Below, piece after piece: positions 25,851 to 39,379 of a stretch of DNA of 64,000 nucleotides (its first letter is position 1; each line of letters starts with the position of its first letter). Position numbers and translations under genes: made by a program. The stretch lies in assembly GCF_006345805.1 (NCBI RefSeq), contig NC_042997.1, positions 81,840,001 through 81,904,000 on the forward strand. Reading direction: 5' to 3'. The notes below the pieces were generated by a model. That model did no database searches, was not told the DNA's origin, and saw only the letters and a list, made by a program, of their open reading frames with translations. Source of the stretch: Octopus sinensis. Its lineage: Eukaryota.

Positions 25851-26266
25851 GCTCGAAGGTGAATAAAATCAAAATTAAAAACAGCAGGATATAAAGTTGT
25901 AATGCAGTATGGACGTTTCAAGTGGCTCCATCTAATTGAACAATGCAATCATTACATCAATTTAAATGTAGTGCTACCTTCAGCTGCACAAAAAAAATAT
26001 ATATAGAATTTCAACAGGTAGGAACATTAATATAATTTTTCTTAAATATTATAACAGAGTAAGATGGAAGAAATTTATGTTGTCGCTAATGTAGCAAAAG
26101 TATCTTAGAAAAACAAACTATAATTTCTTAGAATAGCATGGAGCATAGTGGGGTCATAGGGTTGTAATTCATTTCCAATTTATTTATCCCTTTATCATCT
26201 ACTAAAATCTGAGGCTAGAAAGTTTTGTATATTTAGAATAAAGAACAAGAGTGATATATATATATA

Positions 26267-26300
<34 letters not shown>

Positions 26301-26343
26301 CACATATATATATCCATACACATACAAACTCTCTCTCACACAT

Positions 26344-26676
26344 GGCTCAGTGGTTAGAGCGTCGAGCTTACGATCGTGAGGTTGTGAGCTCGAATCCCGG
26401 ACCGGGCTGCGTGTTGTGTTCTTGAGCAAGACACTTTATTTCACGTTGCTCCAGTTCACTCAACTGTAGAAATGAGTTGCGACGTCACAGGTGCCAAGCT
26501 GTATCGGCCTTTGTCTTTCCCTTGGATAACACTAGTGGCGTGGAGAGGGGAGGTCGGTATGCATGGGCGACTGCTGGTCTTCCATAAACAACCTTGCCCG
26601 GACTTGTGTCTAGGAGGGTAACTTTCTAGGTGCAATCCCATGGTCATTCATAACCGAAGGGGGTCTTTACCCTTTA
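26344..26676 (+). mobile_element. tRNA-derived SINE (family B)
   Basis: A-box TGGCTCAGTGG and B-box-like GCTCGAATCC, then a cttgagcaagacact central domain and non-tRNA body. Confidence 0.85.
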
Positions 26677-27260
26677 CATATATATAAGCAAAAAATTCGT
26701 TATAGGTATGTATAAGATAAAATCTTATATAAAGCATTACAAACAATTATGAAAATGGAGAAGAGATGTTAAAAGTTCAAAATAGAATTTAATATCCACA
26801 TACGAACGTTTCAAATGGCAATACAATTATGTAAGAAAAAACCTTAAATATAATAATGATAATTAAAGTAGTATGTATTACCATTTTCGTCAGTGTAAAA
26901 AAAATTAAAGGAAAACATAAAAAAGGTATCACCAAAAAAAAAAAAAAATCTAGAAGGAAAAGCAAAGAGGCTATGTCGGAGAGCTAACTGGATATTTGCA
27001 AATAACTTGTAAAAGGGGAAGAAGGGAGAGAAACAGGGACATATTAATGCATTTTCAAGTCTATCTGTGTAATAAACTATGAACTAATCTGGCCAACGGG
27101 TATATTTTAATTGCTTGCTTTAGCAGGCTATCATTTTAATATGATGAATATTTATTAGAAATATTTATTTTGGGGCTCCCCAAAAGTTTGAAATGTTCTA
27201 CTTGAACTTATTCTCTCTCTCTCACACACACATACACACACATATATACATAAATATATA

Positions 27261-28298
27261 CTAGCAGAGATATCCGGCGTTGCCCGTGTTACATTCAATT
27301 GAAGAATATATATGTTATATTTTCTGTAATGAACTGGAATATCTATGTTTCGAATTTCATCAAAATTGCAGATGAAGGTTATTTCCCTCTTTACCCCCCC
27401 CCCAAATTGTAATCGTGCCACATGTATCTCATACTACTGACTTTTATGTGCATATTCCAAAATTCCAGTCTTATTGAACCTGTTAAAAAAATTTTGCTCT
27501 TGAAAAATGAAGGTCATGGAGCTCTAAAATGTGAGAGTTAAGGCCCCTGGTGGGGGTGGGCATCTTAATGTCAACCAGAGAATTGAATTGTTGATAATCT
27601 TTTTAACTTGGCTCTTATTTCTATTGTTTGAATTTGTTTGAAATTGGAAATATATGTTCACTGGGTTTGTAAAAGAGAGCAAAACTACAGGAAACCAAAA
27701 GACGAATGATCACAATATGCAGTCAGTTATCCTACCCTAGTCGTTACCACTCCCAATGTAGGATTCCTCACCATCCAGGTGACAGGCACAGCCGAAAGAT
27801 GCGTTACGAATGTATAGCAATTGGAAAGGCATGACCCAACTGAAATAAACATTAACAACTGTGTGACGTGAGGGCTAAGGAGAAATGAAAGTGTCACCTC
27901 TGGAGTTTGCAAATAACCACTATACTGATACGTAACCGGACAGAATAAATTTACAATCTATAAATGTCTTTGAATAAGCAGTCACTCATCTGGGAAGGCC
28001 ATGAAATCAATGTTACCATATGGGGACTATGTGTGACCCAGTGATAATAAAAAGACTGAAAGGAGGTCTGCAATCAAATAACTTTACTCAACACTTTGCA
28101 ACTGAATCAGTGGAGGCAAAGATGCCTCTCATTTACTTGACAATTTATGCACCACATTGCAGAAATCAATGTAAGTGTATGTCAAAGCAAAGTGTTACAC
28201 TGTTGTACCACTGAATTACAAATAATGCTCACCTTTTATGCTCGGGTAACCCTACAGCTTCCAAGAGCACAACTGTATTCGTTTTTGCTTAGATAAAA
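27261..28298 (-). mobile_element. Non-autonomous Helitron (3' part), same family as 53380-54934
   Basis: The minus strand ends in a GC hairpin (rc of ccggcgttgcccg) + CTAG followed by T. The body aligns in reverse with about 54020-54880. Confidence 0.8.
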
Positions 28299-30362
28299 AG
28301 TCATGAAGCCATTCTCCCAATTTTCCAACAATGCAAAGATCACGCAGTTTGTGACATATCATTCCATGATCAAGTTTATGAAAGGCCTTTGCAAAGTTGA
28401 GATATATCACTTCCACATTTGAGTAGTTGGGCAGTTGTTTCAGTACCCAGTCATAGTGTTGTAAGAGCTGAGTCAGGCAGCTTCTTCCTGGTCGGAAACC
28501 ATGTTGGGTGTCAGGCAGCAAGTCATTTTCTTCAAGGAAGGCGATTAGTTTTCTTCTGACTATTCGTTCCATGACCTTGCTGATGTGCGAGGTCAGAGAG
28601 ATAGGTCTGTAGTTCTTGGCCTCCGCTCTGCTACCTCCTTTATAAATAAGACATATTTTACCCTCCTTCAGTTTTCTTGAAAGTTTGCCAGTTGCAAGGA
28701 AGCTCTGAAAAAGGGTCTGCAGTGGTCTTGCTAGGACTCGCATATATACTTTTAGAAGGATTGCTAGGAATCCATCAGGGCCAGTAGCTGAGCCTGAGTT
28801 CATTTCATCTATAGCCCTTATTACATCGTCTTCCTTTATATTGATGTAATCGATCATCACTGCCTCTGTTTTTATATCTGCAGTAGTAAAAAAGTCAGTT
28901 TAATTGCTGACTTGCAAGTGTCCTGGGGGTGGAGTGAAAATACTTTTGAATTGCTCATTTAGTAGTTAACTTATCCTCATTGAGTTTCCTGTGAGTGTAC
29001 CATCTTTTTCGAGGATGGCCCTATCTTGCAGTGCACTGAAGCTGTTTCTTTGGTAAACTTCTAGAAAGCTCTGGGGTTAGATTTTATTCTGTCTATAGCC
29101 CAGACTTCTTTGTCTGCTCTTTCTTTTTTATGGGAGAGTCGCAGATTTCTTTCAATCTCCAGCAGTTGTATTTTCAGGTGAGACTTTTCACTGCTTTCAA
29201 TTTGTTTGTATAGGCGATTTGAAACTTTTATACGCCGTCTCATAAGAATTTTCCTCTTCCTGGGGATTTTGTTCTTGTGTACAGTGGCCTTTCTCTCCAG
29301 GACACATTTGTAGCATATGGCTTGCATTACAGACATGAATTATTGAAGTTCCATGTCGATGTCCGGTGAGGAGAGACATTTAGGCCAGTTTTGTTTGAAG
29401 ATCTCTTTCTCAATTTGTTTCCAGTTTGCCTTATGGAAGTTGAAGCTAGAAAGATTCTGAGAGTTTCTTGTAGGCTGCATGTCCATGGTTTCCTTTGGTC
29501 CATACATGGTCAGCTCTACCATGTTGTGATCTGAGAGTAGCATCGGTGTAACCTTCACATTATGGATGAGATCCTTATTATTTGTGAAGCAGAGATCCAG
29601 TATGTTACCTGCTCTGGTTGGTTGGAGTACTATTTGTTCCATGTACAAAGTGTTGAGGTTCAGGTGGGACTTCACCTGTCCTTGTTCGCATCATGTTATT
29701 CCTGGGAGAGAAAGGGCCTCGGGCCATCTGACATTGCGCAGATTGAAGTCTCCCATAAGAAGTACACTTATGTGTTGTTCTAATGTGACTAGAACTACTA
29801 TTTTTGTATGGCAGTTTTCAAACTTGCCTACATGATTTGGAGCATCTGGAGGGCGATATGTAGCACATATAACGACACCGAGTTGTCTTATATGTACAAT
29901 TAGCGTGTCACATATTGAATTTAAGTGTGACAAAAGGACCTGGGGGGGTGAGGTCGTCACGGATGTACATCGCAACTCCACCATGACTCCTTTCTTTCCT
30001 GTCAGTCCGTAATACAGCAAACTGTGCTAGGTGTATTTCTGCATTTGCTATATCTGGTTTCAGGTGTGTTTCCGTAAGTGCTATGCATAAGGCTTGATTG
30101 CATGCAACAAGGTCTCTCAATAAAGGGAATTTTATCCTGTTACAAAGTGTTAACAGTCCTCTGAGCACCGATGTGTGTGTTGTTGCCAGTGGTGCCCACC
30201 TTGGGTCTATTTGCTGTGGTGGTCTTGTGTATTGGGGATAGTTCCATCTGTAAGATTGATGTAGCCAGGTCAGCTGCTGTACAATCTTTTGTGCCATGCA
30301 CAAAAATATTGTTGTTCAGCAGCTACCCTTTCCGTATGTTGATAGGTCTGGTTTGTAGCACG
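28299..30362 (-). mobile_element. CR1-clade LINE: APE endonuclease + partial RT, 3' half missing
   Basis: LTETHL, GGVAMYIR, MGDFN, GNILDLCFTN...SDHN; SATGPDG, NYRPISLTS, QHGFRPGRSCLTQL, YLNFAKAF. Confidence 0.92.
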
Positions 30363-30385
30363 CATATATATATATATATATATAT

Positions 30386-32206
30386 ATTTCTAGTTTCAGC
30401 TCAGAGCTGCGGCCATGCTGATGCACCGCCGTTTTGTGCTACACTGTTATTACGACAAACCTCGTCTAATATGTGGCACTTTGTGAAGAATGGAGTTTGA
30501 TATACCTACTCTCATTTGCACCTCTTGCCGTGAGGTAGGTTCATCTGGGACTCTTGACAAGAAGATGTCCAGCTTTGATTTAAAAACCGCTACATCTACT
30601 TTGTGCAAGTTCCTCAGACTCTTTGGGAGAATATTAAAAAGCTGTGGGCCCTTGAAACCCAGGCTGTTGCAGAAGCTGACCTGATGCGTGATGACATTGC
30701 TGGGATCTTTGGCACTATGCAGTGTCGTCCCGTTCTAGCATTGGTGTAGCTTACAATGCCAAAATTTGGCACAATTCCTTCCAGGATCTTCCAGACATAT
30801 ATTACTGCATGCCTCTCCCGTCTTCTCTCCAGGGAGTAGAGTCTTAGCTGTTTTAACCTTTCCCAGTATCTGAGCTGTTGCAAAGAGATGATCTTCTTTG
30901 TGAATCTTCTCTGGATTGCTTCAAGGTCCGCTGTTAATTTTACACTGGTGGGTGACTATAGCTGGGAAGTAATCCAGGCGACTGAGGACGAATGTCCACC
31001 AGAGGACCATCATGGTTTCTTATCTGGGTTGAATGTTCTAGTATCCACCCAGCCAGTCGTCTGCACTTTGTCGCCATCCTGGTAATGTGCACTTGGAAAG
31101 AGGTATCATCACTCATGTCGAACCCAGGTCCCTCACAGACTTAGGCTCTGGGATTGAAATTCCCTGTTGACCGGTGTATCCTGTAAGTTTTATATCAGTT
31201 TTGGATGCTGGTAGCGCAGGGCCTGAATTTTCAGCATTAAACTGCATATTATTATCCTCAGCCCATCTGTAGATTGAGTCCAACTCCTGCTGCAGGTGTG
31301 CAACATCGCTGGGGTTCTGTATTTTCTGCGAGACTTTCGTATCGTCTGCATAGTGGCCAGAGTGCATATCCGGGCATTTGAGAGCATATCTGAGAGGGCC
31401 ACTATAAAAAAGCAGTAGTCCCAAGACAGTGCCCTGTGGAACACCGCTCACTATTTGTGTGTTCATAGAGGTGGCTCCATTAACCACTACTGCCTGACTC
31501 CTATCTTTCAGGAAGTCATGCAACCACACTCCAAGTTTTCCAGCTATGCCGAGGTCACGTAGTTTGTGGCATATCATACCATGATCCACCTTGTCAAAAG
31601 CTTTTGCAAAATCAAGGTAGATTACGTCCACATTTGATTTGTTGAGTAACTGCCTCAACACCCAGTCATAATGCTGTAAAAGCTGGGTCAGGAAGCTCCT
31701 ACCTGGTCGCAAACCATGCTGGGTATCACTCAGCAAGTTATTTTCCTCAAGGAATGCGATTAGTTTCTTTCTGACTATCCGTTCCATGACTTTGCTGATG
31801 TGTGAGTCAGAGAGATAGGCTATAGTTTTTGGCATCTGCTCTGCTTCTCCCTTATGTATTGGGCATATTATTCCCTCCTTCAGCTTGCTTGGCAGTTGCC
31901 ATTCGCAGAAAGCTCTGGAAGAGAATCTTGAGGGGTTTTGCCAGGGCATGCTTACCGCTTTGAGGAGGATGGCTGGGAACCATCTGGACCAGCAGCTGGG
32001 TTTGTGTCCACTTCATCTATGGCTAGTAGGACATCTTTTTCGCTAATGTCAATACATTCTATTGTAAACCGCCTCGCTGGTTATAGGTGAGGCGGCAAAG
32101 AGTCTACTGGTTCGTTCACTTGTCTGTGTTCCAACGGGGTGGTAAAGACACTTTTGAACTGGTCATTCAGCATCTCACTGATCATAGTTGGACTGTCTGT
32201 GAGGGA

Positions 32207-32208
<2 letters not shown>
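30386..32208 (-). mobile_element. Second CR1-clade copy, 5'-truncated, with RT, C-terminus and 3' UTR
   Basis: ORF 31113-31949 has YLDFAKAFDKVDH, SGVPQGTVLG and YADDTK. ORF 30614-30883 has YWERLKQLRLYSLERRRER. Confidence 0.92.
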
Positions 32209-32269
<61 letters not shown>

Positions 32270-32491
32270 ATATATGGAAATATATATATATGGAAATATA
32301 TATATATGGAAATATATATATATATATTATATATTATATATATATATATATAGGAAATATATATATATCTATATATATATATATATATATATGGAAAGAT
32401 ATATATATATAGTTATATATATATATATATATATATATATGGAAATATATATATTATATATATATATATATATATATGGAAATATATATAT

Positions 32492-32528
<37 letters not shown>

Positions 32529-32529
32529 G

Positions 32530-32564
<35 letters not shown>

Positions 32565-32607
32565 GAAATAGAATATATATATATATATATATGGAAATAT
32601 ATATATA

Positions 32608-32643
<36 letters not shown>

Positions 32644-32672
32644 AATATATATATATATATATATATATATGG

Positions 32673-32709
<37 letters not shown>

Positions 32710-32753
32710 TATATAATATATGGAAATATATATATATATATATATATGGAAAT

Positions 32754-32790
<37 letters not shown>

Positions 32791-32792
32791 GG

Positions 32793-32826
<34 letters not shown>

Positions 32827-32860
32827 AAATATAATATATAATATATATATATATATATGG

Positions 32861-32921
<61 letters not shown>

Positions 32922-33223
32922 GGAAATAATATATATGGAAATATATATATATGGAAATATATATAGATATACATATTATATATATATATAATATATATAT
33001 TATATGGAAATATATATATAATATACATTATATAATATATATTATATATATATATGGAAATATATATATATATATATGGAAATATATATATATATATATA
33101 TTATATATATGGAAATATATATATATATATATATACAAATATATATATATATACACACAAATATATATATACAAATATATACATACAAATATATATATAC
33201 AAATATATACATACAAATATATC

Positions 33224-33255
<32 letters not shown>

Positions 33256-33274
33256 ATAATATATATATATATAT
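32209..33274. repeat. About 1-kb (TA)n array punctuated by GGAAA, then CAAA
   Basis: Recurrent (TA)n-TGGAAA units of variable length; the last ~150 bp switch to ...ACAAATATAT. Confidence 0.9.
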
Positions 33275-33714
33275 ATCAGAGCGAGTTATAAACAGTAGCT
33301 GCAACACATCATGATGTATATTGCCATTTAAATATGGCTAACCCCTAAGGTGGATGCTACTGTAGCTTGTAGCCCCAGGAGGCACTCCTCCAGCTGGCTA
33401 AGACTCGCTTTCTGTGCCCTCTCAGTATTTGCAAAGGGAAGCCACAGAAAGTGTGTCTATAGCCAGCTGGAAGAAGTGTCCTCCTGGGGCTACAAGCTAC
33501 AGTAGCATCCACCCTTTGGCGTTAGCCATATTTAAATGGCAAATATACATCACGATTTGTTGCAACTACTGTTTATAACTCGTTCTGAGATTTATTATCG
33601 CTTGTTTACACTTTTTCGATATCAGTGTCTTTACGATACTGGAAAAAGGATATATGTTTGTGAAGGGAACCTACTTTTCGTCGACAACTGTGATTGTCAT
33701 GTGTATCGTTGAAG
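33275..33714 (+). mobile_element. Diverged copy of the retrozyme-like family: ~145-bp fold-back plus leader and Tx1 target site, hammerhead absent
   Basis: Arms 33275-33416 and 33443-33591 are imperfect inverted repeats. 33443-33699 is collinear with rc(50818-51079). tcgtcgacaactgtgattgtca at 33678-33699 matches rc(46214-46235). Confidence 0.85.
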
Positions 33715-33984
33715 TGTTGTTTTTTGTGATGTGAGTTGCAGAAATTGTTATTAGAAATTTTATTGTTGAAGGTACTATTGTGGTTGAGTTTTGAAAATTA
33801 TTTTGTAGCTGCCCTTTGTGGGTATGCAAACAACAAGTTGCGCCCAGGCAGCAGGCAGGAGCCTGTCGGCCGACATGTTGCAGCTTAAAGAAGTATTAAT
33901 TGAGAAGGAAGGTTTGAGGGAAATACTTTGGAAATTTCAAGAAGGAGGGTAATTGCTTACGGATCACACTGACGGAGAAAGATG

Positions 33985-34084
33985 NNNNNNNNNNNNNNNN
34001 NNNNNNNNNNNNNNNNNNNNNNNNNNNNNNNNNNNNNNNNNNNNNNNNNNNNNNNNNNNNNNNNNNNNNNNNNNNNNNNNNNNN
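33985..34084. other. Assembly gap (100 N)
   Basis: Run of N. Confidence 1.
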
Positions 34085-34809
34085 TGTGTGTATGTGTGAG
34101 TGTGTGCGTGTGCGTGTGTGTATGTGTGTGTGTGAGGCGAGATGAAAAAACAAAAAAATATATGTATGTGTTAGTGTGTGCGTCTGTGTGTAGGCGTGTG
34201 AGGTAGGGCGAGACAGTGGTCAGCTTAGCAGACAAGGTCAGTAGTAAGAAAAAGAAGGAAGGAGGAAGGGAGGGAGGGGAAGGGGTGGGGGTGTATGTAG
34301 CGTGCCAGCGTGTGTTGAGTAGTAGTGTGTGTGTGTGTCCAGTGTCGTGGTGGTATTAATGGCGAGTAGATTGAATGTGTGTAAGAGTAATGTATATATT
34401 TAAGCAATGTGTGTATATGTGTGCGCGTGTGTGTAACGAAAAGGGGGGGGTAAGGAAAAAGGACTCCAGCTGAGGGGAAGATGGAAGAGTGGTCCCGCGG
34501 AGACGGGCGTGGGAAAACCCAACGACACGCGACGGTCCCAGGAACGGGCGGGAGGTCTCGTCGGGTCCAAGAGCGAGGTGCATGCGGCGCGTATGCGTGC
34601 GCGAACCGGCGCAAGCGCGTGTGTGCGCGCGCCTGCGAGTATGCGCGTAAGTATGTATGTGTGTGGATGTGTGAGTGTGTCTGTGTGTATGTCTGGGTGG
34701 CAGTGTGTCCGATGAATGTATGTGAGTATGTGTGTATGTATGTGTGTGCATAGATGTATGTCCGTGTGTGTGTGTGTGTGTGTATGTGTATGAGTGTGTA
34801 TGTATGTAC

Positions 34810-35105
34810 AAACAATAATAAATCTCTGAGCGAGATATAAACAGTAACTGCTCTATAACGTAAGGGGGAACAGCCATCTGAATGTGGCTAGGGACAGGGC
34901 GGGGTGGTGGGGGTGTTACTGATGCATTTAGCCCCAGGCGATCATCGACGTCACCACTCCCTTTGCAGACTAGCAAGGACACCGTGATGGTGTCGGTCCT
35001 TCTGGTGACGTCGATGATCGCCTGGGGCTAAATGCATCAGAAACACCCCCACCACCCCGCCCTGTCCCTAGCCACATTCAGATGGCTGATCCCCCTTACG
35101 TTATA
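34810..35105. repeat. Fold-back with 103-bp arms (34854-34956 / 35003-35105), related to the 33.3-kb family
   Basis: About 2 mismatches between arms. The left flank aataataaatctctgagcgagatataaacagta resembles rc(33560-33600); both share tttagccccagg-like motifs. Confidence 0.85.
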
Positions 35106-36379
35106 TATATATATATATATATACATATACATACACACATACACGCATACACATACGTATATACCTACATATACATACACATATATACTAACACTCATCA
35201 TATACATACACATGCATCTATATATATCCATGCATATACATACATATATATAAATACATACACATACGCATATCTACGCACCTACACGCACACATATGTA
35301 TCTACATATATAAAGAAACCTACAAGTCCATACATATACACTCATACATATACACATACAAGCATACATGCATATACATATACACAATAACGTAAATACA
35401 TAAATACATACAAGCATACATACACATACATATACACATATACATACATGCATACACAAATAATAATTATATATACATACAGATACCCATACTTACACAT
35501 ACATATACGCGTACAAGCACATATACACACAGATATATACACACAAATATACACATACATATATACATACATATATACATATACATACATATATAAATAT
35601 ATAAATATATATACACATACATAAAACATACAAGCGTACATATATATACACCCATATACGTATACATACATACATACAAACACATAGATCCACGCACATA
35701 AGCACATAGAAATATATATCCATATCCAAATTCATATTCATATTCATATCCGAATTTACATCTATATATATATGTATATACATATACACATGTAAATACA
35801 CATACACATATACATACGTGTATTCGTATCCACATACGCACACTCATATCTACATTTATACACACATATATACATGTGTACATATACACACCCATTAACA
35901 TATACACATGCATATACCTACACATGGATATATATCCTTGTACACACACACACACATACACTAGTACATATACATACACACACATGTATCTATAAATACA
36001 TATATACATATATATACACCAACCCTATACATACACACGTCCAGACCTCTCATACGCACTTATACTCTCTCATACACACACACACACACTTATACATACT
36101 AATACGTACTAATACATACTAATACATACTAATACATACACCACCCCATACATACGCACGTCCAGACCATCATACGCACTAATACTCTCTCATACACACA
36201 CACACACACACCCTTATACATATTAATACATACTAATACATACACCAACCTATACATACACACGTCCAGACCTCTCCTACGCACTATAGCTGGTCATTCA
36301 ACCCTATTATCAACCCTATTATCTCCCCTTATTTCGCTCTCGCGTCTCATGTTTGATCTTTGACCTCTGGCCGAAATCA

Positions 36380-36597
36380 GATCGCCATGTTGATTCGTTA
36401 GTTACTGCACGCATTTTTTTTCTCTCCTTCTTTCTGTGTTTTTTTTCTCTCTGTGTATCTTTCTGTTGAAGAGCGTAGGCTCGAAACGTTAAAGACTTGT
36501 TTTATTTATATTTCCTGAGCGCCATACTAATACAATTGTTTGTTTGTTTCCCACCTGCCTTCGTCTTTTGTCTATTTTCATAAAGCTTCCCGTTATA
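36380..36597 (+). mobile_element. Penelope-type pLTR-like fragment with a hammerhead-like motif
   Basis: tcttt-CTGTTGAA-gag cgtagg ctc-GAAAC-GTT-aaaga; homologous to 45400-45570. Confidence 0.6.
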
Positions 36598-36687
36598 TAT
36601 ACATACATGTACATATACATTCACATACACATACACAGATAATACATACATACACACATATACACACATGCAAATATATACATATAC

Positions 36688-36720
<33 letters not shown>

Positions 36721-36939
36721 TAATATATATATAATATATATATAATATATATATAATATATATACACATACATATATACATATACACATACACACGTATA
36801 CACGCCTTCACATACACATGTACATACACTGTTGCACATGCGCTCACATACAAATATGTATATGCACTCGTATACATATATGTACGCACACACACATATG
36901 CAAACATCCATATATATGTGAATAGTCGTAGGAGAGAAG

Positions 36940-37760
36940 GTAATTGGGGGTGCTGAAGGAAAGGAAAGGTGGTTGTCGTCAATCAGGTTGCCTGGTGGGT
37001 CTGTAGTTTTTGTAGTTTGCATAAATTTTGTGCATACAGTTCGGGGAGTGTTCCGAGATCTTGTTGAGGAGAGGGCCTTTGGCGAACAAGATCTCCAGGC
37101 TCTCAGAAATGCAAAGGTCACAGCAGGTATGGCCTCCTGTGTAAGCCCGCGCCCTCTGTAGTAGTCTCCACTTGATCTTGAAGGGGATGGAGTTCCTTTT
37201 AAGGTACCAGATGTGGGCGGCGAGAGTGGTCTGGTTAGATTTGTCAGGTCGCCGGAACGAGTGTGTGTGGGCGTACCAGCGAGTTTTAAAACTATTAGAC
37301 GTCATTCCGATGTACGATTTTCTTTTATCATCGGGGCCTGATCGTACATCATATGTAGACGAGGTCCTTCTGTAGGCAGTTGTTGTTGAGGGGGCAAGTG
37401 GTCTTATCTGGACAGTTGCAATTGCTTTCGGATGTTGGATGGGCTTCGGAAAAAGTAGATTTATTGAGTTTTTTTACGTTATTGTTGGCTAGGTTCCTGG
37501 CTAGATTGGGTGTGGTGGAGTAGGAGAGTCTAATGGTGTTCTTATTCAGGATTGTATAGTAGTTATGTTGGGTGGGGAAGTGTTTTTGTAGGAGAGTGAA
37601 GAAAATTTTAGCTACAGGTGTTGCGACTTCACGGTTGAAGGGGGGGTTGTACCAGCTAATGTGTCTTCGCCTATTTTTCATGGGTTGGCGTGGGGCTATG
37701 CTAATGTAGGTGATCTTATCTTTAAAGCCACTTATCTTTAAAGCCACTGCGGGCCAGGGC
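36940..37760 (-). mobile_element. 5'-truncated Penelope-like element: end of RT, Cys linker, GIY-YIG endonuclease
   Basis: RRRHISWYNPPF...LLQKHFP...ILNKNTIRLSYS..PN, CNC...CPLNNNC and MTSNSFKTRW..H...TTLAAHIW.LK...IKW...CDLC..E...LLNK.SE. Confidence 0.9.
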
Positions 37761-38479
37761 CTCGTGTGTGTCTGTGTGTATATATATCTATGTATATGTA
37801 AATATATATATACATGTGTATATATGCATGTGTATATACATGTGTATATATGCATGTATATGTGTGTGTCTGTGTGTGTATATATGTATGTATATGTAAA
37901 TTTATATAAATACCTGTATATATGCATGTATATGTGTATGTATGTGTATAAGTCTGTATATGCTTGTATACCCGTGCGTATATGCATATGTATATATTTA
38001 TGTATGCGTATGTGTATTCGTGTATAAGTGTATGTATATATGTATATAAGTGCGTGTCTGTATATATATATATATATATGTATGTATATATATATATATG
38101 TATATATGTGTATATATGTGTGTATATGCTTGTATACCTGTGTGTGGGTATATATTTATGTATGCGTACGTGTACCTGTGTATATATGTATATATATATG
38201 TATGTATAAGTGTGTATATGCCTGTATACATGTGGGAGGGTGTATGTAGGTATTTGTGTGCGTGTATGTATGTGTGTATGTATATGTATGTGTATGTGTA
38301 TGTATGTGTATGTGTATATATGTATATATATATATATATATATATGTATATGTGTGTATGGGTATATATATGTATAGGTGTGTGTAGGTATGTATGTGTA
38401 TGTGTATATGATGGGTGTCAGTATATATGTTTATGTATATGTAGGTATATACGTATGTGTATGCGTGTATGTGTGTATG

Positions 38480-38511
<32 letters not shown>

Positions 38512-39266
38512 GTATATATATATATATGTATATATATGTGTATATATATAAGGACTTGTAGATCTATGTATGTGTATATATGTATGTATGTGTATGTGTG
38601 TAGATATGTATTTGTATGTACGTGAACGCATGTGTATGTACGTGCATGTATGTGGATATATGTATGTGTGTAGGTATGTATTTGTAGGTATGCTTTTATG
38701 TACACGTGTATGCGCGCATGTGTGCATATATGTATTTATAAGCATATGCGTGTACATATGCGGGCAGATGTTCATGTGTGTTTATGTGTACTGTCGTACT
38801 TTTATATATGTGGTTTTGTGTGTACTTAGTTATGCATACGTTTATGTGAAAGTGGGTACATTTATGTATGTATGAATATGTGTACCTGCGTGTGTATATG
38901 TATGTACATACATATATGTGTATATATGTATATATGTATATATGCGCCTGTGTAGAGAGGGATACATACATAAGTATGAGTGGATGATAAGGAAATGAGC
39001 GAGAGAACATATGTGTTTGTGTATGTGTATGAGTGTGAAGGAAGGGAGAGGGGCGGTAAATGGACTTCATTCAGGCCGGTTAGTACCCCGGGGAGCGGCT
39101 ACTCCAGCGCCACTAAATGTGCGTCGGCGAGTGGGCAGGTCATATATTACACCTTCTATGACTCCGAAGAGGTCAAAATAAAAATAAAAATAAAAATAAA
39201 AATAAAATAAAATAAGGGAGAAAAAATGTGTGTGTATATATGTGCATGTATGCGTGTATGTATGTG

Positions 39267-39339
<73 letters not shown>

Positions 39340-39346
39340 ATATATA

Positions 39347-39379
<33 letters not shown>

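Noticed and set aside
26344-26420. tRNA gene
   Set aside because: Has A/B boxes but no proper acceptor stem or terminator, and continues into a SINE body.
33275-33591. Classical MITE with long TIRs
   Set aside because: Homology continues past the right arm into the leader shared with 50818-50960, so the arms are not the element ends.
36020-36290. About 115-bp imperfect repeat x2.4 (acgtccagacc..catacgcact)
   Set aside because: Embedded in CA-rich microsatellite; most simply a local slippage duplication.
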